Below are positions 8,996 to 19,405 of a DNA stretch of 64,000 nt, in pieces. Source of the DNA: Burkholderiaceae bacterium (lineage in GTDB: Bacteria > Pseudomonadota > Gammaproteobacteria > Burkholderiales > Burkholderiaceae_E). A program made the position numbers and the translations under genes. The first letter of the stretch is position 1. Every line of letters begins with the position of its first letter. The notes under the pieces were generated by a model, which was not told the DNA's origin, made no database searches, and worked only from the letters and a program-made list of their open reading frames with translations. The DNA lies in the NCBI GenBank assembly GCA_036675585.1, contig JAKFES010000042.1, positions 14,635-78,634 of the forward strand. The letters run 5' to 3'.

Positions 8996-10840
8996 CTACA
9001 GCTTCGAAGGGTCCCGCACGGCCCCTTGCGCCGCGTTGGTCGTCAACGCGGCGTAGGCGCGCAGCGCCGCCGAAATCGGGCGCTCGCGTGCCTCCGGGAG
9101 CCAGGCGCGGGCGCCCCGCTCGCGTTCGCGTTCGCTGCGGCGCCGCCGCAACTCTTCGTCCTCCACGTCGAGCCGGATGCTGCGCGCCGGGATGTCGATC
9201 TCGATCGCATCGCCGTCGTGCACGAGCGCGATCGCGCCGCCTTCGGCGGCCTCGGGCGAGACGTGGCCGATCGAAAGGCCCGAGCTCGCGCCCGAGAAGC
9301 GCCCGTCGGTGACCAGCGCGCAACGCGCATCGAGCCCGCGCGCTTTGAGGAACGCCGTCGGCTTGAGCATCTCCTGCATGCCCGGTCCGCCCTTGGGCCC
9401 TTCGTAGCGAATCACGACGACGTCGCCTGCGCGCACGCGATCGCCGAGGATCCCCTCGCGCGCGGCGTCCTCGCTCTCGAAGACGACCGCGCGGCCGCGA
9501 AAGCGCAGGGCGCCGGCATCGACGCCGGCCGTCTTCACGATGCAGCCCTGCTCGGCGAGATTGCCGTAGAGCACGGCCAGGCCGCCGTCGCGGCTGTACG
9601 CGTGCCCGGCGTCGCGCACGCAGCCGTCGACGACGTCGACGTCGAGCGAGTCCCAGCGACGCGATTGCGAGAACGCGCGCGTCGACCGTTCGCCGCCCGG
9701 CGCCGCGCGGAAGAACGCGACGACGTCGGGCGCCGGCGCGCGACGCACGTCCCAGCGTTCGATCGCATCGCCCAGCGTCGGCTCGTGCACGGTCGCGACG
9801 TCGCGATGCAGCGCGCCGATCCGGTCGAGCTCGCCGAGGAGGCGGAACACGCCGCCGGCGCGGTGCACGTCCTCGACGTGCCAGCGTGGATCCGACGGCG
9901 AGAGCTTCGCCAGGTTCGGCGTCGTGCGCGAGATCCGGTCGACGTCGGACAGGCCGAAGCCGGCACCCGCTTCGTGCGCAGCGGCGAGCAGATGCAGGAC
10001 CGTGTTGGTCGATCCGCCCATCGCGACGTCGAGCCGCATCGCGTTCTCGAAGGCCTCGAAGGTCGCGATCGAGCGCGGCAGCACACGCGCGTCGCCGTCG
10101 CGATACCAGCGGCGCACGAGATCGACGACGCACGTCCCGGCGCGCTCGAACAGCGCGCGGCGATCGGCGTGCGTCGCCAGCATCGATCCGTTGCCGGGCA
10201 ACGCGAGCCCCAGCGCCTCGAGCAGGCAGTTCATCGAGTTCGCCGTGAACATGCCGGCGCACGAGCCGCAGGTCGGACAAGCCTGCTGCTCGTACGCGAG
10301 CACCATTGCGTCGCTCGCGCGCGGGTCGCCGGCGACGAACGCCGACGCCGCGTCGATCTTCGTCGTCGCGCCGTCCCAGCGCACCTTGCCGGCTTCCATC
10401 GGGCCGCCCGAGACGAACACGGTCGGGATGTTCAGCCGCAACGCGGCCATCAGCATGCCCGGCGTGATCTTGTCGCAGTTCGAGATGCACACCAGCGCAT
10501 CGGCGCAATGCGCGTTGACCATGTACTCGACGCTGTCGGCGATCAGCTCGCGCGACGGCAGCGAATACAGCATGCCCAGGTGCCCCATCGCGATTCCGTC
10601 GTCGACGGCGATCGTGTGGAACTCGCGCGCGACCGCGCCGGCGCGCGCGACCTGTTCGGCGACGAGATCGCCGAGGTCCTTCAGATGGACATGGCCGGGA
10701 ACGAACTGCGTGTACGAGTTGGCGATGGCGACGACCGGCTTGCCGAGGTCGGATTCGTGCACGCCGGTCGCGCGGAACAGCGCGCGCGCGGCGGCATTGT
10801 TTCGACCCGCGAGCGCGGTGGCCGAACGCAGGACGGGCAT
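8996..10840 (-). CDS. ilvD: Dihydroxy-acid dehydratase
   Basis: [51 protein letters not shown]. Confidence 0.96.
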   Translation of the reverse strand: MPVLRSATALAGRNNAAARALFRATGVHESDLGKPVVAIANSYTQFVPGHVHLKDLGDLVAEQVARAGAVAREFHTIAVDDGIAMGHLGMLYSLPSRELIADSVEYMVNAHCADALVCISNCDKITPGMLMAALRLNIPTVFVSGGPMEAGKVRWDGATTKIDAASAFVAGDPRASDAMVLAYEQQACPTCGSCAGMFTANSMNCLLEALGLALPGNGSMLATHADRRALFERAGTCVVDLVRRWYRDGDARVLPRSIATFEAFENAMRLDVAMGGSTNTVLHLLAAAHEAGAGFGLSDVDRISRTTPNLAKLSPSDPRWHVEDVHRAGGVFRLLGELDRIGALHRDVATVHEPTLGDAIERWDVRRAPAPDVVAFFRAAPGGERSTRAFSQSRRWDSLDVDVVDGCVRDAGHAYSRDGGLAVLYGNLAEQGCIVKTAGVDAGALRFRGRAVVFESEDAAREGILGDRVRAGDVVVIRYEGPKGGPGMQEMLKPTAFLKARGLDARCALVTDGRFSGASSGLSIGHVSPEAAEGGAIALVHDGDAIEIDIPARSIRLDVEDEELRRRRSERERERGARAWLPEARERPISAALRAYAALTTNAAQGAVRDPSKL

Positions 10841-10928
10841 CGGGAACTCCTCGTGCGGGACGCGAAGGCGCCGCGCACGGGAGCGAGCCGTTCCGCGCGC
10901 GGACGCGCGGAATGATACGCGTCGGGCC

Positions 10929-11162
10929 TCAGACGCGGTCGCGCAACTCGGTCACGCCCGACTGCTCGGCGCAGTGATCGCAGCAATACATCTTTCCGGC
11001 GGCTTCCAGCCCGTGGCCGATGATCCGGCAGTCGCAATGGCTGCACGTGGGCGCCAGCGTCGAGATCGCGCATTCGAAGCTGTCGAAGGTGTGCGTCGCG
11101 CCGGCCATCACGACGTCGAAGGTCTTGTCGTATTCGTTGCCGCATTTCTCGCATCGTTGCAT
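10929..11162 (-). CDS. Cys/His-rich small protein, prokaryotic metallothionein-like
   Basis: 77 aa from ATG 11162: [24 protein letters not shown] (9 Cys, 4 His). Confidence 0.75.
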   Translation of the reverse strand: MQRCEKCGNEYDKTFDVVMAGATHTFDSFECAISTLAPTCSHCDCRIIGHGLEAAGKMYCCDHCAEQSGVTELRDRV

Positions 11163-11260
11163 CGTGCTGCTCCTGGGGGCGAGGTGGGGCGTCGCGCACG
11201 CAGGTCGGGCTTCGCGCCTTCTCTGTGGCATCGTGCGGGCGGACGCCGAGGCCCGGATGC

Positions 11261-11275
11261 CGCAAGGTCGATGCC
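11261..11275 (-). promoter_or_regulatory. Candidate sigma-54 (-24/-12) promoter
   Basis: Minus strand GGCAT-CGACC-TTGCG, ~100 bp upstream of the metallothionein-like gene. Confidence 0.4.
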
Positions 11276-11401
11276 TGCCCGGCGACGCCCTCCACTCGTC
11301 CGCCGGGAGGCACCACCGGTCCCCGGACCTCGCCGGTCCGTCATCGCCCGGGCCGATGCTGCGTTGAATCCGGGGTCACCGAAGAAGGAAGAACCGTCGC
11401 G

Positions 11402-11881
11402 ATGAAGCGATTCCTGCTCGCCTGCACCACTGCACTCGCCGCGCTCGCCACCGTCGCGCCGGCAGCGCACGCCACCGACATCGGCGTTTCGGTCGAAGTC
11501 GGCCAGCCCGGGTTCTACGGGCGCATCGACATCGGCAGCGCGCCGCGCCCGGTGCTCGTGTACCCGGAGCCGATCATCGTGCAACCGGCACCGATCGCCG
11601 TCGTGCGCCAGCCGATCTACCTGCGCGTGCCCCCGGGCCACGCGAAGAACTGGGCGAAGCATTGCGGACGCTACTCGGCGTGCGGCCAGCCGGTGTATTT
11701 CGTCCAGGACCACTGGTACGAAGAGGTCTACGTCCCGCGCTACCGGCAGCGCGAATACCGGCACCGCGAATACCGCCGCGACGATCGGCGCTCGCACGAG
11801 CATCGCGCACAGCGCGATCGGCGCGACGACCGGCGCGGGCACGGGCATCCGGGCAACGGGCGCGGCAAGCATCGCGACTGA
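11402..11881 (+). CDS. Secreted hypothetical protein with Arg/His/Asp-rich tail
   Basis: Signal peptide MKRFLLACTTALAALATVAPAAHA; GQPGFYGRIDIG and PIYLRVPPGHAKNWAKHC...YSACGQPVYFV core. Confidence 0.8.
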   Translation: MKRFLLACTTALAALATVAPAAHATDIGVSVEVGQPGFYGRIDIGSAPRPVLVYPEPIIVQPAPIAVVRQPIYLRVPPGHAKNWAKHCGRYSACGQPVYFVQDHWYEEVYVPRYRQREYRHREYRRDDRRSHEHRAQRDRRDDRRGHGHPGNGRGKHRD

Positions 11882-11983
11882 CGCCGCACGAGCGCGGTAG
11901 CCCTTCCGCGCGGGGCGAGCGGGTAGACTGCCCGCGATGCCTCCGGCCCCAGCCCCCTTCGTCCGGCAGCCCCTGCCCGGCGC

Positions 11984-12961
11984 GTGCGGATGAGCGTCGC
12001 CCACGTGCTGGCGCTGCTCGGCAGGCAGGCGCGCTGGGCCCTGCCGGCGGGCGTCTTCGTCGGCGTCGCGCTGCCGCCGCTCGCCGAACTGCTGCGCCCG
12101 CTGCTGACCGCGGCGGTCATCGGTACGCTGACCGCCGCGCTGCTCCGGCTCGACTGGTCGCAGCTCGCGCGGGCGGCGCGCCGGCCCGCGTTGCCGGGCG
12201 TGCTTGCGCTGTGGCTGCTGATCCTGTCGCCGCTGCTCGTCTGGGCGGGCACCGCCCTGATGGGCGTCCCGGACGACCTGCGGCTCGTCCTCGTGCTGCA
12301 GGCCGCGGCGCCGCCGATCGGTTCGGCCGCGGTCTTCGCGCTGATCCTCGGGCTCGACGGCGTGCGGGCCGTCATCGGCACCGTCACGGCGACGATGCTG
12401 CTGCCGTTCACGCTCACGCCGATGGTCGGCTGGTTGCTGCCCGCCAGCGGCCTGCAGGTCGATCTCGCCGCGTTCTTCGTTCGCGTGACGCTGCTCGTCG
12501 CGCTCCCGTTCGGGCTCGCCGCGCTGCTGCGACGCGCGCTGGGCACCGCGCGGCTCGAGCGCAACGAGGCGTTGCTCGGCGGCCTGAACGTCGTGCTGCT
12601 CGTGATCTTCGCGATCGCCGTGATGGACGGCGTGACCGAGCGGCTGTTCGAGGATCCGCGGTACATCGCGCTGCTGCTCTTCGTCGCCTGCGTCGCCACC
12701 TTCGCCATGCACGTGGCCGGCTACCTGCTGTTCCGCCGCACCGGGACCGCGAGCGCGTACACGCTGGCGCTGCTGACCGGAAACCGCAACGTCGGCCTGA
12801 TGCTGGTGATCACCGCCGGCAGCGCCGGCGAGGCGTTCTCGCTGTACGTCGGGGTTGCGCAGATCCCGATGTATTTCGCGCCGCTCGCGCTCGGGCCGTT
12901 CGTGCGGCGCAGTCGCCGCGTCGGGCTCAGCGCGGCGCGAACGGCTCGAACATCGCGTTGA
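11984..12961 (+). CDS. Bile acid:sodium symporter (BASS/Acr3)-like membrane transporter
   Basis: About 10 hydrophobic segments; LQAAAPPIGSAAVFA and ALLTGNRNVGL motifs. Confidence 0.65.
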   Translation: MRMSVAHVLALLGRQARWALPAGVFVGVALPPLAELLRPLLTAAVIGTLTAALLRLDWSQLARAARRPALPGVLALWLLILSPLLVWAGTALMGVPDDLRLVLVLQAAAPPIGSAAVFALILGLDGVRAVIGTVTATMLLPFTLTPMVGWLLPASGLQVDLAAFFVRVTLLVALPFGLAALLRRALGTARLERNEALLGGLNVVLLVIFAIAVMDGVTERLFEDPRYIALLLFVACVATFAMHVAGYLLFRRTGTASAYTLALLTGNRNVGLMLVITAGSAGEAFSLYVGVAQIPMYFAPLALGPFVRRSRRVGLSAARTARTSR

Positions 12962-13769
12962 TCGTCGGATAGTCGACCGCGGCGGCGCCGAAGCCGAAGG
13001 TGCCGTGCTCGCGCATCTCGCGCGCAGCGCCGAGGAAGGCGCCCAGCGCCGCGCGCGCCAGCGCGCTGCCGACGCTGATGCGCCGCACACCGAGTGCCGA
13101 CAGGTCGGCAACGCCGAGCCGCAGCGCAGGCGAGCCCATCAGCACGTTGACCGGCCGATCGACCGAGCGGACGACTTCGGCGATGTCCTCGCGGCGGACC
13201 AGACCCGGCGCGTACAGCACGTCGGCGCCCGCTTCCTGGTACGCCTGCAGGCGACGGATCGTGTCGCGCAGATCGGGGTTGCCGGCCAGGAAATTCTCGG
13301 CGCGCGCCGTGACGGTGAACGGGAAATCGAGCGCTCGCGCCGCTTCGCACGCCGCGCGCACGCGCTCGACGGCGAAACCGAACTCGTACTGCGGCGGATC
13401 GCTGCGCGTGTTCGTGTCCTCGATCGAGCCGCCGACGGCGCCCGCCGCCGCGGCTCGCCGGATGGCCTCGGCGGCCGCTTCGGGCGTGTCGCCGAAGCCG
13501 TTCTCGAGATCGGCGCTGAGCGGCAGATCGGTCGCCCCGGCGAGCGCGCGCACGTGCTCGATCGCCTGGTCGCGCTCGATCCGGTTGTCGGGAACGCCGA
13601 TCGAGAACGCGTAGCCGGCGCTCGTGCTCGCGAGCGCCTCGAAGCCGAGCGAAGCGAGCAGCCGTGCGGTTCCGACGTCCCACGGGTTCGGGATGACGAA
13701 GGCCTCGCCGCGCCGATGCAATGCGCGGAACGCCTCGCCTTTCTCTTGCTGCGACCGTGTGCCTGGCAT
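12927..13769 (-). CDS. Isocitrate lyase/PEP mutase family protein
   Basis: IPNPWDVGTARLL, STSAGYA, PLSADLENGFG, GGSIEDT, YQEAGADVLYAPG. Start moved to ATG 13769. Confidence 0.9.
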   Translation of the reverse strand: MPGTRSQQEKGEAFRALHRRGEAFVIPNPWDVGTARLLASLGFEALASTSAGYAFSIGVPDNRIERDQAIEHVRALAGATDLPLSADLENGFGDTPEAAAEAIRRAAAAGAVGGSIEDTNTRSDPPQYEFGFAVERVRAACEAARALDFPFTVTARAENFLAGNPDLRDTIRRLQAYQEAGADVLYAPGLVRREDIAEVVRSVDRPVNVLMGSPALRLGVADLSALGVRRISVGSALARAALGAFLGAAREMREHGTFGFGAAAVDYPTINAMFEPFAPR

Positions 13770-13789
13770 GAAGGGGCCTCGCGATCGCC

Positions 13790-14827
13790 CTACAGTTTCG
13801 CGGCGAGTTCGCGCGTGCGCTCGGCGGCCGGGATCGCCCGGCAGCCGGTCGTGTTCTGCCCGGCCCACAGCGGCGAGAACTCGCCGCTGCCGAGCGCCTC
13901 GGCCTTTGCGCGCAACGGTGCGACCGCCGTGGCGGCGAGCGGAAATTCGGGCGCCTGCGCGGCGATCGGGCCGAGCTCGCGGACGATCCGGTTGACGATC
14001 GCGCGCGCGGGGCGGCCCGTGAACACGTTGGTGACCGCCGTCGTGCGCGCGGTCGCGCTCTCGAGCGCCGCACGATGCACCGCGCTGGTGGCCGCCTCGG
14101 GACACAACAGGAACCCGGTGCCGACCTGCACGCCCGACGCGCCGAGCGCGAACGCCGCCGCGACGCCGGTGGCGTCGGTGATGCCGCCCGCGGCGATGAC
14201 CGGAACGCGAACCGCGCGCGCGACCTGTGCGACGAGCGCAAAGGTGCCGATCTGCGACGACAGGTCGCGCGTGAGGAACATCCCGCGATGCCCCCCTGCG
14301 TCGAGCCCCTGCGCAATGATCGCGTCGGCGCCGTGCGCCTCGAGCCACAGCGCCTCGTCGACCGTCGTCGCGGTGGACAGCACGCGCGCGCCCCAGGCCT
14401 TGACCCGTCCGAGCAGCTTCGGCGCCGGCAGTCCGAAATGGAAGCTGACGACCTCGGGGCGCAGCGCCTCGAGGACGTCGGCGGCCTCGTCGTTGAACGG
14501 CGCGCGCGCGGGGCCCGGCGCGATCGACGACGGATCGACGCCGAGCTCGCGGAAATACGGCAGCAACGCTTCGCGCCACGCACGCTCGCGCTCGGGGTTC
14601 GGCGTCGGCATCGAGTGGCAGAAGAAATTGACGTTGAACGGGCGGTCGGTGTTCGCGCGAATCGCGGTGATCTCGTCACGCACCGCGTCGAGCGAAAGCA
14701 TCGCGCACGGCAGCGAACCGAGCCCGCCGGCACCCGACACGGCGGCGGCGAGCGCGCTGCCCTGCACGCCGGCCATCGGCGATTGCACGATGGGAAGTTC
14801 GATGCCCAGCAGTTGCCGCAGTGTCAT
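13790..14827 (-). CDS. Nitronate monooxygenase family flavoprotein
   Basis: PIVQSPMAG, PEVVSFHFGLP, AQGLDAGGHRG, VIAAGGITD, QVGTGFL. Start moved to ATG 14827. Confidence 0.9.
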   Translation of the reverse strand: MTLRQLLGIELPIVQSPMAGVQGSALAAAVSGAGGLGSLPCAMLSLDAVRDEITAIRANTDRPFNVNFFCHSMPTPNPERERAWREALLPYFRELGVDPSSIAPGPARAPFNDEAADVLEALRPEVVSFHFGLPAPKLLGRVKAWGARVLSTATTVDEALWLEAHGADAIIAQGLDAGGHRGMFLTRDLSSQIGTFALVAQVARAVRVPVIAAGGITDATGVAAAFALGASGVQVGTGFLLCPEAATSAVHRAALESATARTTAVTNVFTGRPARAIVNRIVRELGPIAAQAPEFPLAATAVAPLRAKAEALGSGEFSPLWAGQNTTGCRAIPAAERTRELAAKL

Positions 14828-14961
14828 CCCCCGTCTCCGTTCGTTCTTCGTTCGAGCGCCCCTCGGCATCGTACCCAAGCCGCAGCGGCTGCGGGGGACG
14901 CTCTTCCCACGCGCAGGGGCATCCTCTACGATGCACGCGACAGAACAAGAAGGAGGAGACC

Positions 14962-16365
14962 ATGGCCGGCCCCGCACCCGGCGTGCCGGTCGTCGCCGAT
15001 CTCGGCGCGATCGTCAAATGGCTCGATCGACGTGGCCGGCTGGTGCGCGTGCGCTCCGAAGTCGATCCCGCATACGAGCTCGCCGGGATCGCCGCGCGCT
15101 TCGAAGGCACTGCGCGCGCGGTGCTGTTCGAGAAAGTCGCGGGCAGCCGGTATCCGGTCTTCACCGGGCTGTACTGGTCGCGCGAGCTGCTGGCCGACCT
15201 GTTCGGGCGCGCCGAGCGCGCGCTGCCGCAGTTCGTCTCGCAGTGCATCCGCGACTGGCAGCAGCGCCCGGTCGCACCGGTCGTCGTCGCGACCGGGCCG
15301 GTGCTGCAGGTCACCGAGCCGACCGTCGACCTCGCCCGGCTGCCGATCCCGGTGCACGCCGAGCACGACGGCGGCCCGTATTTCGACGCCGGCGTCGTCA
15401 TTGCGCGCGACCCCGAAACCGGCGTTCGCAACGCGTCGATCCAGCGTTTCATGGTGATCGGCCCGGATACGCTCGCCATCAACATCGATGCGGGGCGCCA
15501 CCTGGAAACGTATCTCGCGAAGGCGGCCGAACGCGGCGAATCGCTGCCGTTCACGCTGAACGTCGGCGTCGGGCCGGGGCTGCATTTCTGCGCGGCGACG
15601 CCGGCCGAGGCGGCGCCGATCGATACCGACGAGCTCGGCATCGCGAGCGAGTTCCACGGCCAGCCGCTGCAGCTGGTCGCCGGCACCGTCTCGCCGGTGG
15701 AAATGGTGGCGCATGCGATGTTCGCGCTCGAGTGCGAGATGATCCCCGGCGAGGTCCACGACGAAGGCCCGTTCGCCGAAGTCACCGGCTATTACGCGAC
15801 CGTCGCTGCGCGCCCGCTCGTGCACGTGCGTCGCGTGCATCGTCGGCGCCAGCCGATCTTCCAGACCATCCTCTCGGGCGTCGAGGTCTTCAACTCGGTC
15901 GGCCTGCTCGGCGAGGCGAACGTACTGGCGCTGCTGCAGAAGCAGGTTCCCGGCGTCAAGGACGTCTATTTCTCGCACGGCGGCTGCGGCTTCTACCACG
16001 CGATCGTGCAGATCGCGCAGCAGCGCGCCGGCTGGTCGAAGCAGGCGCTGATGGCGGCGTTCGCCGCGTTCCCGCCGCTGAAGATGGTCACCGTCGTCGA
16101 CGACGACGTCGACCCGCGCAACCCGTCGGACATCGAATGGGCGATGGCCACGCGCATGGACCCCGAGCACGGGATATTGCGGATCGACAAAGTCTTCGGG
16201 CACGGACTCAATCCCTCCTTTCCCGACTATTTCGGGAGCAAGGTCGGCTTCGATGCCACGCGTCCCTTTCCGCACACCCCGGCATACGACCGCGCCCGCG
16301 TGCGTCCGGTCGCGCTCGACGCGTTCGACATCGTCGTTCCCGAACCCGCCGCCAGACCCACCTGA
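14962..16365 (+). CDS. UbiD-family (prFMN-dependent) decarboxylase
   Basis: GGAGG SD; DGGPYFDAG, EGPFAEVTGYY, VVDDDVDPRNPSDIEWAMATR, KVGFDAT motifs. Substrate cannot be assigned. Confidence 0.9.
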   Translation: MAGPAPGVPVVADLGAIVKWLDRRGRLVRVRSEVDPAYELAGIAARFEGTARAVLFEKVAGSRYPVFTGLYWSRELLADLFGRAERALPQFVSQCIRDWQQRPVAPVVVATGPVLQVTEPTVDLARLPIPVHAEHDGGPYFDAGVVIARDPETGVRNASIQRFMVIGPDTLAINIDAGRHLETYLAKAAERGESLPFTLNVGVGPGLHFCAATPAEAAPIDTDELGIASEFHGQPLQLVAGTVSPVEMVAHAMFALECEMIPGEVHDEGPFAEVTGYYATVAARPLVHVRRVHRRRQPIFQTILSGVEVFNSVGLLGEANVLALLQKQVPGVKDVYFSHGGCGFYHAIVQIAQQRAGWSKQALMAAFAAFPPLKMVTVVDDDVDPRNPSDIEWAMATRMDPEHGILRIDKVFGHGLNPSFPDYFGSKVGFDATRPFPHTPAYDRARVRPVALDAFDIVVPEPAARPT

Positions 16366-16375
16366 GGTAACCCCC

Positions 16376-17401
16376 ATGACCCGCTCGACGTTCTCGAAAC
16401 TCGCCGCCCCACTCATCGCTGCGGCGACGGCGCTCGCCGCGCCGCTCGCCGTGCACGCCGCCGACATCACGCTCACCTATGCCTTCTTCGCGCCGGCCGG
16501 GACCTTCCCGGGCAAGCAGATGCAGCACTGGGCCGACGAACTGACGAAGCGCACGAACGGCAAGGTCGCGGTGAAGACCTTCGCCGGCGGCACGCTGCTC
16601 GGCGCGCGCGAGATGTACGACGGCGTCTCGAAAGGCGTCGCCGACATCGGGCTCGGCGCGCCGTCGTACGACCCCGGGCGTTTCCCGCTCACCTCGGGCG
16701 TCTCGCTGCCGGTGGGGTTCCCCAACGCGACGGTGGCCAGCCGAACGCTGTGGGAGCTCACGAAGGAGTTCCAGCCGAAGGAATACGAGAACTTCAAGGT
16801 CATCGCGATGTTCACCACCGAGCCCGGCTACATCCAGTCGCGCAAGCCGGCGGGCAGCGCCGCGCAGCTCGAGGGCATGAAGCTGCGCGCGGCGGGCACC
16901 GGCGTGCCGGTGCTCAAGGCGCTCGGCGCGGCGCCGGTCGGCATGCCGATGCCCGAAGTGCCGCAGGCGGTGCAGACCGGCGTCATCGACGGCACGATGA
17001 CCTCGCGCGAAGTGCTGCAGGACTTCAAGCTCGCCGAGACGCTGAAATACGTGACCGACTATCCGACGGTCGTCGTCACCTTCGCCGCGGTCATGGACCG
17101 CAACCGGTGGGAGAAGCTGCCCGCCGACGTCAAGAAGGTGATCGACGAGCTCGGCCCCGAGATGGCGATCTGGACCGGGCAGTATCACGACAAGGAGAAC
17201 GTCGCGCGCGCGCTCGACTGGTCGAAGAAGACGCACGGCCTCGAGATCGTCTCGCTGGCGCCCGACGAACGCTCGAAGTGGGACGCCAGGCTCGAGCCGA
17301 TGGTCGCCGAGTGGGTCGCCGAGATGAAGGCGAAGGGCCAGCCCGCCGAGCAGTACCTGAAGCGGCTGGGCGAATTGCGCGACCAGTTCTCGCGCCAGTG
17401 A
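16376..17401 (+). CDS. dctP: TRAP transporter substrate-binding protein
   Basis: Signal peptide; FAGGTLLG, LEGMKLRAAG, PMPEVPQAVQTGVIDG. Confidence 0.9.
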   Translation: MTRSTFSKLAAPLIAAATALAAPLAVHAADITLTYAFFAPAGTFPGKQMQHWADELTKRTNGKVAVKTFAGGTLLGAREMYDGVSKGVADIGLGAPSYDPGRFPLTSGVSLPVGFPNATVASRTLWELTKEFQPKEYENFKVIAMFTTEPGYIQSRKPAGSAAQLEGMKLRAAGTGVPVLKALGAAPVGMPMPEVPQAVQTGVIDGTMTSREVLQDFKLAETLKYVTDYPTVVVTFAAVMDRNRWEKLPADVKKVIDELGPEMAIWTGQYHDKENVARALDWSKKTHGLEIVSLAPDERSKWDARLEPMVAEWVAEMKAKGQPAEQYLKRLGELRDQFSRQ

Positions 17402-17423
17402 CCCGCACGTTCCGGCCCCCCGC

Positions 17424-17933
17424 ATGCGCGCGCTCGCCTCGCTGAACACCGTCGTCACCCGGGGGCTCGCCGCGATCGCCGGGCTCTCGCTGATCGCGAT
17501 GATGCTGCTCACCGTCGCCGACATGATCCTGCGCGGGGTCGGTCGGCCGCTCGCCGGGTCCTACGAGATGATCGGCTGGCTGTCGGCGACGTCGATGGCG
17601 CTCGCGCTCGGCTACGCGCAACTGCACAAGGGACACGTCGCGATCGACCTGGTCGTCGTGCGGCTGCCGCGCCGCGTGCGCGCGGCGGTCGAGTCGCTCG
17701 TCGGCCTCGCGTCGCTGCTGCTGTTCGTCGCGGTCGCGTGGTACGTCGGGCAATACGGCGTCGTGCTGCACGAGAGCGGGTCGTTGTCCGAGACGCTGAA
17801 GGCGATCGTCTATCCGTGGGTCTACATCGTCGCCGTCGGCTGTGCGGGGCTTGCGCTGGCGCTGTTCGTCGACTTCCTGCGCGCGCTCTCGCGCGCCTGG
17901 AACGGCGCCGAGCCCGGCGGCGTGGCGCGCTGA
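17424..17933 (+). CDS. dctQ: TRAP transporter small permease
   Basis: Four TM segments, GSYEMIGWL and HKGHVAIDL; lies between dctP and dctM. Confidence 0.88.
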   Translation: MRALASLNTVVTRGLAAIAGLSLIAMMLLTVADMILRGVGRPLAGSYEMIGWLSATSMALALGYAQLHKGHVAIDLVVVRLPRRVRAAVESLVGLASLLLFVAVAWYVGQYGVVLHESGSLSETLKAIVYPWVYIVAVGCAGLALALFVDFLRALSRAWNGAEPGGVAR

Positions 17934-18011
17934 CCCGGGCTCGCTTCGCGCCCCCTTTCCTCCGCCCCGTCACCGCTCCTCCTTTCCTTTCCACCGCTTC
18001 CCGCTCCGTCG

Positions 18012-19322
18012 ATGGACCCGACCCTCGCCGCCAGTGCCGGCCTGCTGCTGATGTTCGTGCTGATGGCCGTGGGCATGCCGATCGCGTTCGCGATGCTGCT
18101 CGCCGGCGTGCTCGGCAACGCGTACCTGCTGTCGGTGCCCGCCGCCACGCACCTGCTGGCGACCAACGTCTGGGACCAGTTCTCGTCGTACGGGCTGAGC
18201 GTCGTTCCGCTGTTCGTGCTGATGGGCCAGTTCGCCTATCGCGCGGGGATCACCGAGCGGCTGTACGACGCCGCGTACAAATGGTTCGGCCGGATGCCCG
18301 GCGGCCTCGCCGGAACGACGATCGCCGCCTGCGCGGGCTTCTCGGCGATCTGCGGATCGAACTCGGCGACCGCGGCGACGATGGGAACGATCGCGCTGCC
18401 GCAGATGCGCCGCTACGGATACGACCGCGCGCTGAGCACCGGCGCGGTCGCCGTCGGCGGGACGCTCGGCGTCGTCATTCCGCCGAGCGTCGTGATGATC
18501 GTCATCGCCGTGCAGACCGAGCAGTCGCTGCTGCGTCTATTCCTCGCGGGCATCGTTCCCGGGCTGATCCTCACGGTGCTGTTCCTCGCGACCGTGCTCG
18601 GCATCTGCCTGCGCAAGCCCTCGCTGGGGCCGCCGGGGCCGGCCACCTCGCTGCGCGAGAAGATCGCTTCGCTGTCGAGCGTCGTCGAGACGCTGATGCT
18701 GTTCGTGCTCGTGATCGGCGGGCTGTACGTCGGCTGGTTCACGCCGACCGAGGCCGGCGCCGCCGGTTCGGCCGGCGCGCTCGCCATCGGGCTCGCGCGG
18801 CGCAAGCTCTCGCTCGCCGGCATCGTGCAGGCCACCGCCGAGACGCTGCGGATCTCCGCGATGGTCGTGCTGCTGATCACCGGCGCCGTGCTGTTCGGCC
18901 GCTTCCTCACGGTCTCGCGGCTGCCATTCGAGCTCGCCGACTGGGCGGCGGCGCTGCCCGTCCCGCCGAGCGTGATCCTGATGGTCGTCTTGCTGATCTA
19001 CCTCGTGGGCGGCGCGCTGATGGACGCGCTCGGCTTCCTGGTCGTGACCGTGCCGATCTTCTTTCCGCTGGCGCTCGCACTCGGCTACGACCCGACCTGG
19101 TTCACCATCCTGCTGACGATCGTCACCACGATGGGCGCGGTCACGCCGCCGGTCGGGGTCAACGTGTTCATCGTCAACGGGCTGGCGCCCGACGTGCCGA
19201 TCCCGACGATCTTCCTCGGCGTCGCCTACTTCATGCTCGCCTACCTCGTGTGCATCGGCATGATGTGGGCGTGGCCGCAGACGGTGCTGCTGCTCCCGGA
19301 CCTGATGCTCGGCAGGATCTAG
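18012..19322 (+). CDS. dctM: TRAP transporter large permease
   Basis: VPLFVLMG, FSAICGSNSATAA, GGTLGVVIPPS, TPPVGVNVF. Confidence 0.93.
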   Translation: MDPTLAASAGLLLMFVLMAVGMPIAFAMLLAGVLGNAYLLSVPAATHLLATNVWDQFSSYGLSVVPLFVLMGQFAYRAGITERLYDAAYKWFGRMPGGLAGTTIAACAGFSAICGSNSATAATMGTIALPQMRRYGYDRALSTGAVAVGGTLGVVIPPSVVMIVIAVQTEQSLLRLFLAGIVPGLILTVLFLATVLGICLRKPSLGPPGPATSLREKIASLSSVVETLMLFVLVIGGLYVGWFTPTEAGAAGSAGALAIGLARRKLSLAGIVQATAETLRISAMVVLLITGAVLFGRFLTVSRLPFELADWAAALPVPPSVILMVVLLIYLVGGALMDALGFLVVTVPIFFPLALALGYDPTWFTILLTIVTTMGAVTPPVGVNVFIVNGLAPDVPIPTIFLGVAYFMLAYLVCIGMMWAWPQTVLLLPDLMLGRI

Positions 19323-19405
19323 GGCCTGTACAGGCCCTGGGGCCGTTCGCGCGCCCCGGCGCGGATTGCGGATACGCTCGATCGATCGATGGACCGAGCG
19401 ACGCG

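Noticed and set aside
12855-16370. 1171-aa + strand ORF (and similar long ORFs such as 50952..54572, 39061..42132, 42369..45164, 56420..59044)
   Set aside because: Stop-poor alternative frames typical of very high GC DNA; they overlap well-supported genes. Only short real genes at some of their 3' ends were kept (e.g. DUF2892).
17940-18010. Pyrimidine-rich tract between dctQ and dctM
   Set aside because: Low complexity with no complementary partner or periodic unit; no function can be supported.
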